Translations under genes and position numbers: made by a program
Assembly: GCF_036321535.1 (NCBI RefSeq)
Contig: NC_087437.1
Coordinates: 117,678,001 to 117,742,000 of the forward strand
From: Camelus dromedarius
Lineage: Eukaryota
Length of the DNA: 64,000 bases
Reading direction: 5' to 3'
Notes under the pieces: model-generated
The model's input: the letters and a program-made list of their open reading frames with translations, nothing else
What the model was told of the DNA's origin: nothing
The model's database searches: none
Shown: positions 25,136 through 40,507 of the stretch, one piece after another
Layout of the letters: each line of letters opens with the position of its first letter
Numbering within the stretch: the stretch's first letter is position 1

Positions 25136-25523
25136 CCACTGCCACCCTATGACTTTACCCTATTTCCAACAGGGCCTCTATTTCTGCTCGGAGACTAACA
25201 CAAGCCCCTTTACCATGGAAAACTGGTTTTGCACATGCAGTCTAAGGGCTAAATGAGCGCAGAAAAGAAAGTTGTTATGTGGGTTGGGATGGGGTGGGGG
25301 GAGGGGAGGGAGACAACAAAAGCAAGGTTAGCTCAGGGTCGTGGACCCGGCGCGCAACCACGTGGTAGAGAAGCCTTCAGCCCGGAGAGAAGTCACTCCT
25401 GCACCAAGACTCCCTAAGGAGATTCCCGCAGGCCCTCAGCCCCCTTCCTGGGACGCAGCTGGGGTCACGTGGGAGCAGGGGCTGGGGAGCCCTGGAGGGG
25501 CCAGCTGAACGGCCCGAAGCCTA

Positions 25524-25931
<408 letters not shown>

Positions 25932-27022
25932 TCAAGGTCACCCCACGTCTCCCTGGGGCAGCTCTCTGCCAGGCGGGGGGCTCACAGATCACCTGCTACT
26001 TGTCCACTATTTCTAGGGATGTTGTGGACCAAAGGGCTGGGCTGTCTCCAACCATAATAACCTGGGTGTGAAAGGGAGCGCTGGATGGGTGGAGGAGATT
26101 CTTGTGAATCTGAGAGTTCCCTGAAGAACAGCGCTATTCCCACGTGTGCGTTTCCTCGAGTGGTTTCAGAGGAAGCACTGCGGTGTGCTGGGCAGCCCCA
26201 TGTCCTGCCGTGGACCTGGCTTCAGAGAAGACGGAGTGGGACTTGGGAAGTACCCGCAGGCCTCCTTCCCATCCCAGAGCTTCACGCTGGAGCCCGAGGA
26301 CCCAGTGGGTGTATTTCCGCTACATCTGTCCTTCATCACCTGAACCCTGTTACGTGTTATCCAAAACTCAGGTCCTAGTTTATAACTAAAATAACACCCT
26401 CATCTCCCGCTCTCCTGCCGTCCGGGCCACTCGGTGGTGGGTAAGTTCAGAGGAGAGGAAACCTACAAAGACGCCCTTGGCCTCCTCACTGACACTCACG
26501 TGCAGCTGCCTCCCTCCCTCCTGGGGTTTCCGGGCTGCAAATTTCACTGCCAAACATCACTGCCCCCCGAAAGGGCAATGGTCACCTCCCTGAAGGTGCA
26601 CGTTTCAGGGAAGAAAACCAACTCATGTTAAAGGTTAACAACCTACCACAGTGACTTCCCACCTGGAAAGCGGAGCCTAGGGGGCAATGTGAATATTATA
26701 GATGGGGGCATGGGGTTACCAAGGGAGAAGGTCACACCAGAACACAGTGAGAGGGCAAAGGTCACATTTCATGGCTGCTCAGCCTGGGACCTTTAATGTT
26801 GACACCAAAGCCCTCGCTTTTCAAATGAAAAAGGAGAACCAGAATATTCTGTAGGGACCGTCCATCTCTCTCAGTGCGCTGTAACACTGCCAAACCCATT
26901 TGGAGAAAAAAAAAGTGCAAAACTCACAAACATGCAAATACATGATGCATCTCTTGTGATTTCAATCTCCTCTTTGGTTTGGAAAATGGAGGGAATATAG
27001 AAACAAAAGAAGGCCGACCCAC

Positions 27023-27211
27023 CTTTTCCTAATGTCTTCGCTTCGATGATCTCACTGATGCGGCCGGGGCCCACTCCATTTTGCGCAGTCAGAGTGAACT
27101 TGTACCAAGTACCACATTTCAGGTTTTCCAGGCGGTAAGAGCGTTCGCTTGGGCTGATTGGAAAGCTCCCCCACTGCTCACTGTTGTCTTCAGAATACTG
27201 CAGTATGTATC
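27023..27211 (-). CDS. DSCAM: DSCAM exon ~25 (FN3-5 C-part), 189 nt, phase 1-1
   Basis: gtcttctgaag|GA TAC ATA ... GGA AAA G|gtgggt; encodes [63 protein letters not shown]. Confidence 0.97.
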
Positions 27212-27560
27212 CTTCAGAAGACAAGACACGTTCGGAAGAGCACGATTAGGTTTCCGTCCGGGATGAGTTCCCAGCACCTCCCGTCTTTGGGAGAGAATGT
27301 CCCTGCTCTTCGCGATTCCAGGAAGCTCCCCTTAGGCCGGGAGAAGCACTGTGACGCTGTACCGAGGGTGAGGTACTGAGACCTCACCAGACGGGGGCGG
27401 TGCTGCTGGACAGTGCCACGAGGACAAAGCCCCTTCCTGCCCCTTCCCCTTTAAAGGTGTAAGTGGGCAGTGGGGAGTGGAGACTCCATCTCCAAACATC
27501 TGACCTTCAGAAAACGTGTGCCCGAATCCTGGGGCGTGGGCGTGCTCTGAAGCTGAGTTA

Positions 27561-27720
27561 ATTTTTTCCTTTGTGTTTTGTTTTTATTCTGGAGTGGGGA
27601 GATAATCAGGTTTATTTATTTATTTATTTATTTATTATTTAATGGAGGCACTGGGGATGGAACCCAGGACCTCGTGCGTGCCAAGCACGAGCTCTACCCC
27701 TGAGCTGTACCCTCCCCCCT
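27561..27720 (-). mobile_element. tRNA-Ala-derived SINE (Vic-1 type) with target-site duplication, sense to DSCAM
   Basis: Reverse complement reads gggggagggtacagctcaggggtagagc...gggttccatccccagtgcctcca then (TAAA)n. TGAAGCTGAGTTA is duplicated at 27548-27560 and 27721-27733, at a TT|AAAAA L1-endonuclease-type site. Confidence 0.92.
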
Positions 27721-27849
27721 TGAAGCTGAGTTATTTTTAAGAGAACCAACGCTCTGGAAAACGAGTAAGTTATCAACGGGGGCAGGGATATCCTCAACCA
27801 CCCCACCCCGTCTGCAACCATGAAGCATCAAGCATGTCTGCAGTCTGTT

Positions 27850-28000
27850 ACTCATATTACCTGACGTGACCCTGTGACATAGGAATTTTTACCTCCCCTG
27901 TGCTGATAAAGACACTGAGGTCCAAAGAGTTTAGGCGACCTCTAGAGTCTTATAAGCAAGATTCGAATCCCACCACGAGAATCTGAAGCCTGCCCTCCTG
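27850..28000 (-). mobile_element. MIR relic
   Basis: gataaagacactgaggtccaaagagtttaggcgacct...gattcgaatccca. Confidence 0.6.
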
Positions 28001-30180
28001 AACGCTGTGACGGCTGACATCTCTCCTTGTTACAGCCTTCGTCCCTGCCATCCTAACCACCTTCCTGGGGGCAAACATACGCTGTCGGCTCTGTCCCTGT
28101 CTCCTAAAGGTTCACACCCAGCAGCCCAGGCCTAGCCAGCCTGATGCACGATGCCCCCACACCAACGGACAAGTGTCTTCCATCCTGCCCACGAGTTCCA
28201 CGGCTAACACAGCGAAGAAAGCGCTTCTCACCTCTGCGCTCCAGAGGCTCCTCGCGCCAGTGGGCAGCACTGAGTGGCTTCCACGCCTCTCACATGGAGC
28301 TCACCCACCTCTGGCTCCTTCTCCCTCAGCACCCTCCCCCGGGCTTCCTCCTTCTCTTTCCGGCCCTCTGCAGCCTGGGCCGGGGTAGGGGTGGTCCCCC
28401 TGCCTGCCTGGGCCTCGTCTCCCCTTCCCCGTCCCCGATCTGCACTCCTGGCAGCTCCTTCAGCCCCGGACAGGTGAGTGATGGATCAGGGCCCAGCTCC
28501 CACGGACACAGCCGGACTTCGCCACCTCCTCGGTGCCCTACGCTTCGTGGGGACTGGGCTTTCCTTCTAACTTCCTCCATCTAAACCACGTCTAGGAAGC
28601 TTTTCTAACCCTTGGCGATGGGAACTTCTATGCCAACGGCTTTCGCCATCACTGGGTTCCAAGGATTGCTGGTTGATGTTGCCTGGAGACTGTTACTAAA
28701 GCTGGCTTCATCTCTAAGCCCGTCCACTCCTAGCCGTTCCAGTACGACCTCCCCTGTCACCTCCCACTTACAGAACCAGCCTTCACTTCACCGGGGCCTC
28801 GAGTGTGAGGGCCCCTTGAACTGTCCCCTCGGTGCCCCACTTTGCTTCTTTCAGAAGAAGGTCCTCCAGCCAGCCTAGAGCCCTTGGCAGGCCACCTCAA
28901 TAAGGAGCCTGCTTTCACACACTCTTGAGCCTGCCGCACTCACCCTGCCAGTCACCAGCTTTGGTCACCTGCAGTCCACCTGTCTGCCCAGCCATCCAGA
29001 ATCACTGGAGAATGTCATTAAATGGTGATAACTGGGGCCACTACAACTTGCTGTTTATCTGCAGCTGGGGCCCGGCTCCCGCCTGGCAAAGCTTTGTTCA
29101 TCTACTAACGACTGCCCGTGCGTTTCCCACAGCAGCTGTTGTAAATCTTCCCCACGCTCCCCAAACCCACCAGCACACCCTCACCCCTAGTCAATCTACT
29201 ATTTAAAAAAAAAAAATCTCACCTTTTATTTTCCTAAGAAAAAGAAAGATCCTCCCCTTTGCCCAGTGGAATGCTAATCAGTGTTTAACAACTGGCTCTT
29301 GAGGGGAAAAAAAAAGAGCCCCAATGGCGAGCATTTCTGATTTCCGGCGGTGTGGAAACACCCCCAGCCGGGCCGAGGTCACTGAGAGCAAAGCTGGGAA
29401 GAGGGGCAGCTTTGTCCCCACGAGCTGGGAGGGGCTGCTCCAGACACCGCTGGCCTCACCCAGGAACGCTCCTGTATCTCCAGCTGTCCTCTCGCCTTCC
29501 TCTGTCAGAAGAAAGGATGTCCTGTGGAAATCCAAGCCGCCGTCCTCCCCCCACCTGCTCTCGGACCTCTTCCGTCACTCAGCTCCTTCATCCTGGGCCC
29601 CCTCAGTCTCCTCTGGAGCCTCTCCCCCGCCGTGGTCTACAACCTGATCAGAACACCCTCCCGACGCCGCTGAGGCCGGGGTCATCACGCCATCTCGGCC
29701 CTTCAGTACAAACTTCCTTTATTCTTTTCCGCCCTGCACTAACTGAGAAAGATTTGTGCAAACAGACCATTTCCCATCTTTCGGGACTCTGTGGTCAGAA
29801 CAGTAGCTGTGGTCGCTGGAGGGAAGGGTTGCGGACATGAACGGAGGATACAGCGCTGACAACACGAGGAAGACACACAACGTAGATCTCGGTGGGGAGA
29901 GAGCACCAAATTTGTTTTTTCTTTCTTTTTCATATTTGTTAATATTTCACTTAGTTTGGATGTTTGATACTCATTCTGTGGATGGACTTCCTTGGATGAA
30001 TGATGAGTTTCAACAAATACTAGAAAAATAGATTTTTTTTGTCTAGGTAATGGAAGAATGAATTGTATGATGCGTTTTTTTGGAGGGAGAGATAAATTGA
30101 CACATAACAATTATTTGATAAAGATGTGACACTAATCAGCCTGTGGATAATGACAATTAATCAACCACTGTGGGCAACTA

Positions 30181-30330
<150 letters not shown>

Positions 30331-31832
30331 TCACATCTTCAGTCTTCTCTCACAGTCGTTTACTCAATGATTTTTAACAGCCATTTATTAAGTAAGTGTT
30401 TCGGGTTGACAAAATACGCAATCACTTCTGTCAAAATGTCTGTTTCACTGATATTCTGGGCTAAAGAGACAGAACAGACTGAATCTATCACTTAAAGAGA
30501 ACTCAGCCACATTTCCACTTGGAATTATTTCCTCATTTTCCTCACCGACTCCTTGAATTTCTGAGTGCCTCATCACGAATTGAAATCTTCTGTGAACTTA
30601 CTAAGGATCCATGCAGTATTTTAGTCTGAATTTCAGCCATGATTCAAGTGAGAAAGACCAGTGGCTTCCACTGAGCTGTTCTGTTCTCAGCGGTATGAGC
30701 GGGGGAGGGAAGTGTGGCTAGTGGGAAGAAAACTGCAAAAACCCCCACTATTTTAGCTGCTCCCCAAGATGCAACACACACTCACACACACAGCTCCGAA
30801 ATCAAAGGCGCACACGTCACTGAGTGGCAGCATGTGAACTTGAACTGCCAAGCAAGGTCTGAAGAACACACACTTCTAATCAATGGGCTCAGTAATATTT
30901 TGGATTAGGTCTGTGGACAGAAACACTGAAGAAATTTAGGACTAGGTTATCCAAATTATGTAGAAAGTTTCCCATAAAATGTCCTTCTCTTTTTCTCCAA
31001 GAGAAGCTTGATATATTAACCAAAAGCCATGAAAAATGGATCCATCTCTTAATATACTGTCTGTCTTCTAAAATGCCCTGGAATTCTCCTGACTTGAAGG
31101 TACTTGAAATTCTAGATCAATTTCACATTATTTAAAAAATGTAATTCTTCTCCTGCCCTCCCCTCCCACTGACTGCGATGATTTTATTTTTACTTTCTGT
31201 GATTTATTAATGTGATGACACTGAAATCCAAAGAAGTACACACTTCGATTTTTTTCTACTGATAAAATATCACTGTGCAGGCAAATCTGAACCCAATCAG
31301 TGGCCACGTGGGATTTTAGACACGATCTTAATCTGATGATCTTCAACTTGTCATGCACTTCTGGTGTGTGATATCAAGCAGCCTACACTGTATTCAACAC
31401 ACAGTTACATATTAATGCAACAGAGAGTTTCGGCTGGTGTCCTTTTTGCATGTATTGTATATAATAATTCAGTTGATTAGCAGACAAACCACCGCAGGGC
31501 AGCCTTATTTCCTGTTGGTGTTTTCCTGGATTACACTTGGACACACATGGAGTAAAACTGCAATCAGCAGATGTTACTAAGGAGGACTTTTTCAGCAACA
31601 CACACATAAAGAAAACTGAGAGTAGGCTGTCAACAGGAAAAGTTGTAAACTGTGTCATCTCTGGGAATATGAATGCTTTTAATTTACTCTGATTTGGTGA
31701 CTCACACCACCCCCCCAAGTGAACATCTACGGTCTTGTGACGTAAAGGCGCCGGCTAGCCCTTCACAAAGGCTGATTCTGCAGTTCGCTCACATGCACTC
31801 TCCACACACAGGCGTGCCCACCAAAAGTATTA

Positions 31833-32024
<192 letters not shown>

Positions 32025-33379
32025 TCACAGGAAGAAGAAGGCGCAGATTAAAGAAATTACAATCCAAGTTGGCTAAGGCTGGGGACAAGCACCAACACTG
32101 TCTCGGAAGCAAGCAACATGTTTGGAGGGTTACGCTGAGTGAGAGCTAAACTCTGATTATACGAAGGAAACAGTCACAGAGCTGAGTTCTGGTCTTTGAA
32201 ATAAACGCAATAAACGCTGTGTTGAGGTGAGGTCTGTGTGGTGGGGCCTGGATTTCAGCCCCGGACATGGGTCAGTGCTTGTCAAATCCCAGTGGGCCCC
32301 TCTCTCCTCCCCCAGGTAGGCACCGGGGGTGTCCGCTCTTTGGGAATTCCTTCTGTGAGCAGAAGTGCCATTTTGACCAAGTCACCTGGGGACAACTAAA
32401 TATGGGGTTCGCTTGTAGAGTCACTTAGAGTTATAGTTGCTAATGATTCTGGTATAAGAAGCGAGCCGGCTGTGTTGAGAGGGTGATGAGTTGACCCTCC
32501 TATAAAGAGTCCCCTTGGTGACATCACAGCCTTGGCAGTGGTGGGGACGGTCCAGTCACCTGGGGCCACCCCCACGTCCCACGGAAGGCCACTTGACCTT
32601 GAGAGCTTGCTTATTTCCTCTGGATTAACTAACTTGAAGAGAGATGAGAAAGTGGTCCCTGGACCAAGACCATTATTTCAGGAGTTTATGCCTTTTAAGC
32701 ACTCTTGTTTGAAACTAGGAACTTCTGAATCCATTTGCTATTGAATCTCTATGCCCATCAGTGACTTCTCAGCCCTTTGTTTATATCTTAATTTCATCTT
32801 CTGAATAGAGATAAAGAACTTTAAAAAGTCACCCAGGCAGGGTACATCTCACCCACTGTCTCCCTTCCATCACGATTGCTATTATTTTAGTAATTTCTAC
32901 GAGCATGAAGACCAGATTTTACTTCCACTAAGTCCTAACGTATTCCATTCCTAAAGCCGTTTCTCAAGAGCATCTGAGTTAGGTTAGTTGGCCTGTTATC
33001 TCAGAGAGGCAGATAACAGCTAAGTTGCGTGTAACCTTGGGTATGTCCATCTCAGATGTTTGGGGATTTTCATGATAAGCACAGCAAACCTCCCTGGACA
33101 TTACTGGGCTGGTTAGACTATGTTCCTCGGGGGCGCTCTGCTATGAATTTATAGCTCTGAATTTTTAGAGAACTGACAGAATAGATGGATCCCTTTAGTG
33201 CTAAAGTCAAGACTTCTCCCCCACTGTCCCCTCCCCACCTCGCTCCATCTCAGAAGAGTGGGCTGTGTTCCTGGAGCTTTTCGCCAGTGCAAACGTGAAG
33301 GAGACCACGGGGCCCAGCACAGCAGGCCTGCCGCCCACTCTTAGAGCTTCACCGAGGGTGCACATTGGGTTACTGGTTA

Positions 33380-33745
<366 letters not shown>

Positions 33746-35749
33746 TTAAATATATGGGACTTCACGAGCCCGGCAGCTCCACACCGTGCTCTCTATGAGC
33801 CCGATGATTTTTCAAAGCACTTTATTAAGCAATTTATCTCAACACCCCCGAACTGCACATTACAATGTATTTTTAATATTGGAGAGAATAGATGAAACAA
33901 AGCATAACGCCCCAAGACAGGAAGAAGTAAAACTGGAACAACTTCTATTTATCAATTTTGTGGGACTTTCCCAACTAATATAGCAACTTGATCTTCGGCA
34001 CAGACGCCAAGAAAAACAAACGTTTCCAGAGCTGTGTCTCTTGGAGAACCACTGTTGGCCTGGGACAGTGATTCAAATGCTCAAGTGGGAGCACTGGCTG
34101 GGGACATCTGGCACTGGCCCAGTCCCTAGGCAGCAGGACGGCCCAGGAGGCGAGAGGAAAGAGCCCAGGATGGACCCGTGTCAGCAGGACCTCCTTGAGG
34201 ACTGGGGGACCCCGTACTGACAGATTCCTAGCGCCAGCTTCTTGAGTGAGACACAGAAACCGACAGAGACATGAAGACACAGCCCTCCAGAGGCGACGAC
34301 CTGCCTGGTCTTGGCCACCCACCGGGATGCTGCTTTCAGGGACTCTCCCTCCAGCAGCGCAGCCCCCAAAGATGCAGAGACAAGGAGACCACAGGTGGAC
34401 GGTGGCTCCAGGCTGATTCTGGACCCACAAAGATGGGACCCCCGCTGGGACACCTGCACCACGTGGGGCTTGAGGGTTTAGGTCGGCCAATGGGCATGAG
34501 GAACAGACTCCTCAGGAAAGCCCCGGAACTCCAGGAGAGGTGGGGTTCCCAGAGCCAGCTCATCAGGAAGTCATCCTGCTCTAGAACACAAGTCTCCTTC
34601 ATCATTGAATCTGCCAGACAACGCCTGCTTTTGTTGATCTGAGCACCGGAGGCTAGAATAGAGAGAAAGAGGAAGTGCCAGGGGCTCAGACGCTGGGCCT
34701 GTTTTGTGCAGCAACGGTTACCACAGAACAGGCCCGAGTGTCAGAAGCGAGGTCCCCTGACTGCAGGGGCAGGCGACGCTCTCCCCGTTCGGCAGAGGTG
34801 GCTCACAGGTGCCCCCCTGGATTCCAGAGGCCTCTTTATCAGTCAGTGACATTTCTGACTTTCTGTCACAATGACAAAAACATCCTGGTCCGGCAGCACT
34901 GGACTTCTGGCATGGAAGGATGGCAGCTCCCCTTTCAAGCCCTTCAGACCCCTTTCATATGATGAAGAATGTTCTTGCAGAAAAACGGGGTGATCAGGGA
35001 AACCCAACTAGAGTTGGGGGCTTTTATCTTTTTAACAGCCGCCTCCCCTCATAAGAAACACATTTTACAGTGACTCCCAGAAGCTACACACACAATGTGT
35101 CGGGGGGGATGGGAGCAAAGCTCTGCACGTCGGACTCTTACTGTGTGTGATGCGTTCTGCTGTTTTCTGCCTTTCTCCCCAAATCTAGTCTAGACTGTTG
35201 GGCTCTGCTCCGTTCTACCCCATTTAAGTGCTTTAACATGCCGGCCAGAATGCCTGAAATTAATTCCAGGACTTACGGATGATTTTCCACTAGCATTTTG
35301 AAAAACACTGGCTAAAACCAGTTTATCTTTAATCCCCACACACCCGGTTTCTGGAACGAAGGCTCGTTTATTGTGGCTGGAATTTACTGGCTCCTCCTCT
35401 GAGATTTTAAGACTGAGCAACAGAGCACACCAGAGCTGGTTTTCAAGCTGGAGCAGGGAACGGAAGCATCCGGAATCTTTGTGAGAAATGCAGACTCTTC
35501 TCTAGCTGAGCACTCCCTCTCATTCCAAGCATCTCCGGCGAATGCCTGACACTGCCCTCCTGGCCCTCCTCCTCCTCTCTGGCCCGACCCCTTTCCTCTG
35601 CCGGCCCCTGGGCCTCTGCCTCCCCAGGACGCCCCTCCAGCTGTCCCTGACCTGATCCTCTGCACCCCCTCTTCCTACAGGTGGGCTCTCCCCTCCCTGT
35701 CTGGGTGCAGACCCCTCTCCATCTCTGCCTCCTGCCAGATGTCCCTTAA

Positions 35750-37075
35750 GAGCCAGGACTTGCCCCCACCACACAGACTGCTCCAAGAGAACAGCTCTGT
35801 CACCTCAACGTGTCCAGATGTCCCCAGCTCCCGTCACCTGCCTCACAGCCCACTTCCTCTGCGGTCATCCTCTTCCATACATGATGCCTCCACCTACGGT
35901 AAGTTGGGCTAGAATCCGGGTGTTCATTCCCGCTCCCTCCCTGTCCACCCGCCGCGTATCTTCCACTGATTCCCGGAACTTCAGCGTGGTCTTCAAAACC
36001 ACCCCTGCTGTGAGACGGCACAAACGCACCAGACCGACCAGATGTCAGAGATGGGAAAGCAGGTGCGAAGTGCACGGCAGCTCTGCTTACTGGCTTCACA
36101 ACTTCTCCGTAAGCCTAAAGCTGTTCCGAAAAATAGTGTATTGCCTGTGCACACAAACTGGGTGGCGCCCCACACTGTCTTTCCATTTCACTTCGAATAG
36201 AACCTGAAATTCCTACCACAGCCTTGAGGGTCCAGCCTGGCCAGGCCCCTGCCTTCCTCCCCAGCCTCACTGAGACCACTCTCCCCTCCCCAGGCCCGTG
36301 GGGTCCAGTACCCCCGCCTCCAACACGCTAAACCCTTTCTAGGCTGGAGGCCTTCTAACACTGGGGTGCTTTTTCTTCCCTCGTCATGTAACTGCATTTA
36401 CTCATCCTTGTGTGGCCAAGTCCATCCACCGCCTCTAAGGCTCTCAGGGGAGTCTGTTCTACACTGCCTTCTTTAAAGCATTGAATGCTGTCTGCATTTT
36501 TGTGGTGCTTTGTTCACTGACTATCTCCCCACCCAAGTTTGAGCCCCAGGAGGGCAGACAGTAAACAACTGTGCTTTATGTAATCTTTCCAAGAGACTCC
36601 TGTGTGCTCACCAAGCCCTGTTTCCTTTTGCTTCTGGACATCCAGCTTAGTTTCATGTTCCCGCTCCCTCCGCTTTGAAAACAGGTACAACAATGCTTCA
36701 CTCTACGCAGTGGGATGTGGGTAAAAATGAAGTAAACATGTCCATGTCCGGGCTGTGAAAACCTCCTTGCAGCCTCCACGCTGTCTTTCTCCATCTACAA
36801 GGCTGGACATAAAGGACCCCAGGACTACAAATCACAAGGTGGAAGCAGCCTGGATCCCTGAGTCACCGTGTGGACTGAGCCACCCAGGAAAGCCACCAGT
36901 CTGGAAACACCTGTGTTGGCCCATGTTATTCGGTGAAGCCACTGAAATGTACAGGATATCTGCTGCAGCCATAAGGTTCCCTTGGTGAAATCACCCCTGA
37001 ATGCCCCCACCCCCCGCATAATGCCTGCCACACGGTGAGCTCTCAAAATGATTTATTAAATGACCACATGGCAGT
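35750..37075 (+). mobile_element. L2 relic split by an MLT1 LTR
   Basis: ttccatttcacttcgaatagaacctgaaattcctaccacagcc and gagccccaggagggcaga are L2-like; the L2 tail resumes after the LTR (atgcctgccacacggtgagctctcaaaatgatttattaaatga). Confidence 0.55.
36578..36993 (+). mobile_element. MaLR solo LTR (old MLT1, H-J-like)
   Basis: ggaagcagcctggatccctgagtcacc and gtgaagccactgaaatgt...tgctgcagc are MLT1 hallmarks. Confidence 0.7.
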
Positions 37076-38259
37076 TAACCTCCCCAGACAAGTCCTGTTC
37101 CTGCAGAAGTAGCCACGTGCCAGTTGCGCCCCTCTGAGCCTGTCACCTTCTACATTAGCTGGGCCGTCCCGGCTGTGTCTGGAGAGAGAACATCGAACAC
37201 ACAAACGTAGAGAAGAGGTACAGCTATTGCCAACCCTACATCTCACAGTGCAGTTCCTTTTTTTTTTTTTAACCCGACAGTCTTTATGCCCTTTGATAAT
37301 CATTGTTTTCTAACTGTTAAAGCGTGTATCCTAGGGGTGGCTGGATATCATGATATCAAGAGTAAAACAGACCCCAAATTCCACCGTTTACATTCCTCAC
37401 CAGCAATGTGCTGATTGTCTGTATTTATGCTCAGAACGTGACGCCGCTCTCTTTCTACCCCTCACTCTGTGCCGCAGCCCCTTGCGCAGCCACCACGTCA
37501 ACGAGCGAGTTCTCAAGAGCTCTTAGAGGGAAAGCTGGAACCTCAGAACGTTGATTTTCTCTGTCAGGCGCCTAGAAGCTTTATTAGTGATAAATGGCCA
37601 TGTGGGGTATTCCAGAATCAGGGGCACCTCCTGTTGGTGTGGAATTATGAATTTTAAGTACAGTGACTGGTGACAGGTGCTAATTTAGGGGGCCACTAAA
37701 CACTGCGTGGTAGCGATCACCAGAAACTGAGTAAGAACATTCTCTGCCTATACGGGCTTTGGAGGCCCAGCGTCACATCTCAATGCGAAGATACTGTATT
37801 CATTTTTAGGAACATTTTGTTTTTTGGTGAACGCAACTTTCTATTATTATTTAAAGTCTGTTTCCAGCTTCGTATCAGTAGAAGAAGAGGTTATGATCTC
37901 CTTATATTTGTAAGATTTCTAATTCCATAGACCAAAAGCCCGACATTTTTCTTTAAGAAGCATGATACCTGATTGTGAAGAGAGCAGAACCTGCTCAGGA
38001 AGCCGCCACGTAGTGACTTTCACCCACGGAAAGGGGTGAATGGGGCTCCTTTTGCCAACTTTGCCCAAGGCCCATTCCTAGGAGGGCTCCTCTCTGGTTT
38101 GCACAAACGCTCAGTGCCGGCGAGCAGCAACCCTCTCCCCTGGGCTGAGATGTGATAACGTGATGTTCTGGTTTACTTGATTTTTAGGGCATTGTCAGCT
38201 TTATTGCAGAGAGAATAGGGACTTAAAATGGTAAATGATCGTGGGGACTGAGGTCCTCA

Positions 38260-38451
<192 letters not shown>

Positions 38452-39229
38452 TCAAGGAGGCAAATGGCACAAATGGGTTTCCTAAAGGAACAGTTATGAA
38501 CGTATTATCTCTTTTAAGAAACAAAAGCCACCACGAATCCTCCTCTTAAAGGGCTGGCTCTGCAGCGTCTACAGAGTCTGCCCTTCTTTGTGCAGCAGCT
38601 TTGACAACCAGCAATGAGTAATTTAACCCTTTAGATTACGGGGCACGTCTGTTTTCAGCAGGGATGTAGTAACAAGGACAGACGCCTCATCCTACCGGAA
38701 ACAACCAAGGGACACATGAAATACACGCAATCAGTTTCAAAGGCACTGCACGCCAGCCAGCGAGGACAGTGATCACCTGCCTGAAACACGGGAAATACAT
38801 GAGGGGAGGCCTACAGTTGCAAGGTTTGTACGTTTTTGTGAGAGTTTCCAGGGAACCCAGGAGGGGTCCAGCAGCCTCCCTGGGTTGAGAAGACAGTCCT
38901 GGGAGACTGGGAGGGACCTGGAGTCCACAGGACAGGGAACAGGAAGAGAGCGCCATACAGAGTAATATCCCTGGAGATCTAAAGAGGGTCCCACTTGGGT
39001 ATTCAGCTGAGCGGATCTGTGCATGTGAGGAACCCATCTGAGGCCAGGGGAAGAGCCACCTGAAGGGACAGGAGGTCCCAGTGCCCAGCACTCACACAAG
39101 GCGGGGCAGAGTGCCCGTGCCCACCAGCCACGCTGGAAGCCCTCAAGATTCACAGGCCGGTGGTTACAGTGCATCAGGGTCTCACCTGGGTGGTGGGGGA
39201 TATTAGTCCTAGACTGAACACCGCACTGG

Positions 39230-40505
39230 CACTGCCTAACAAATAGTAAAAGCAAGATCCATAAGGATCAAACTGTCACCAAGTAGCCGCATCCAAGAAC
39301 GAAAGTCAAAAATATTTATAGAAATAAAAATACCCAGTACCCAACGAGGTGAAATCCACAATGTCTGACATTCAACACAAATTTTCTAGATGTGAATAAC
39401 CTAAATATCTAGCAACTAATGGATGGATAAACAAGCGTGCTGCATCTATACAATGGAGTATTATTCAGCATTAGAAGGAAGAGAAGCACTGACACATGCT
39501 TAACTTGGAGACGTCTTGGTAGCATTATACTAAGGGAAAGAAGCCCAGCACGAGAAGCTGTAGGTCTATGATTACCTTGTATGAAATGTCTAGAATAGGC
39601 AAATCTACAGAGACAGGAAGTAGATTAGTGGCTGCCAGGGGTGGGGCGGGGCAGAAGATGGGAGGAGACTGTTAGTGGGTGCGGGTTGTTTGGGGAGGAG
39701 GGTGGATGTTCTAAAATTAGACAAAGATGGGGCTGTACAGCTCTCTGAGCCAAAAGCCACTAAACTGTACACTTCAAAGTATGAATTTCATGGTGTGTGA
39801 ATTATAACTTACAAAAGCTGTTAAAAATTCTAGAAATGCAAAGAAATAAAAATGAATCATAAAGAAAACATAATTCAACAGTCAAACTCGACCCATAATT
39901 GACATAGATATTAGATTTAGCAGACAAGGGCGTTGAAACTGCTATAATAATGTATTATAGCTGCATTATAACTATAGATGTTAAGAAACCTAAATAGATA
40001 CATAAATGATATAAAAAGACCCAAGTCAAACTTGGGAGATGAAATTACAACATGTGAGATGAAAAATACACTGGATTAGATTAACAGCAGATTAGATCTT
40101 GCTGGAAAAAAAGCGTTAAATGAACTTGAAGACATATTAATAGATGAAGCACAGAGATAAAACAGAATACAATATTTAACACAGCATTAGTGAGCTCTGG
40201 GGCAACAGCAAGCAGCCTAACACACGTGTAACTGAAATCACTAAACGGGGAGAGAAGCAGAGAAGCAGGACAGAATTAGTGGCTAAACATTTTCCAAATT
40301 TGATGAAACCTAAAAATGGAGAGTCAAAAATCTCAAGAAATCCCAGCCACAAAAATATGAAGAAAACCACACCAAGGCACATCATAAACAAATTACTCAA
40401 AACCAGTGATAGAGAGGAATCTTAAAAGTAGCCAGAGAAAGGACAAGTTATATATGGAGGAACTAAAACAAAGATGTCAGCAGACTTCTTGTCAAAAGCA
40501 GTCCA
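39230..40505 (+). mobile_element. Old L1 (ORF1 region), interrupted by an L1MB-type 3' end
   Basis: A-rich gagatgaaaaatacactggattagattaacagcagattaga and ccaaggcacatcataaacaaattactcaaaaccagtgat are L1 ORF1-like; no intact frame. Confidence 0.75.
39395..39826 (+). mobile_element. L1MB-like 3'UTR nested in the older L1
   Basis: ggatggataaacaa...caatggagtattattcagca...aggcaaatctacagagacaggaagtagattagtggctgccaggg...tgtgtgaattata. Confidence 0.8.
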
Positions 40506-40507
40506 AG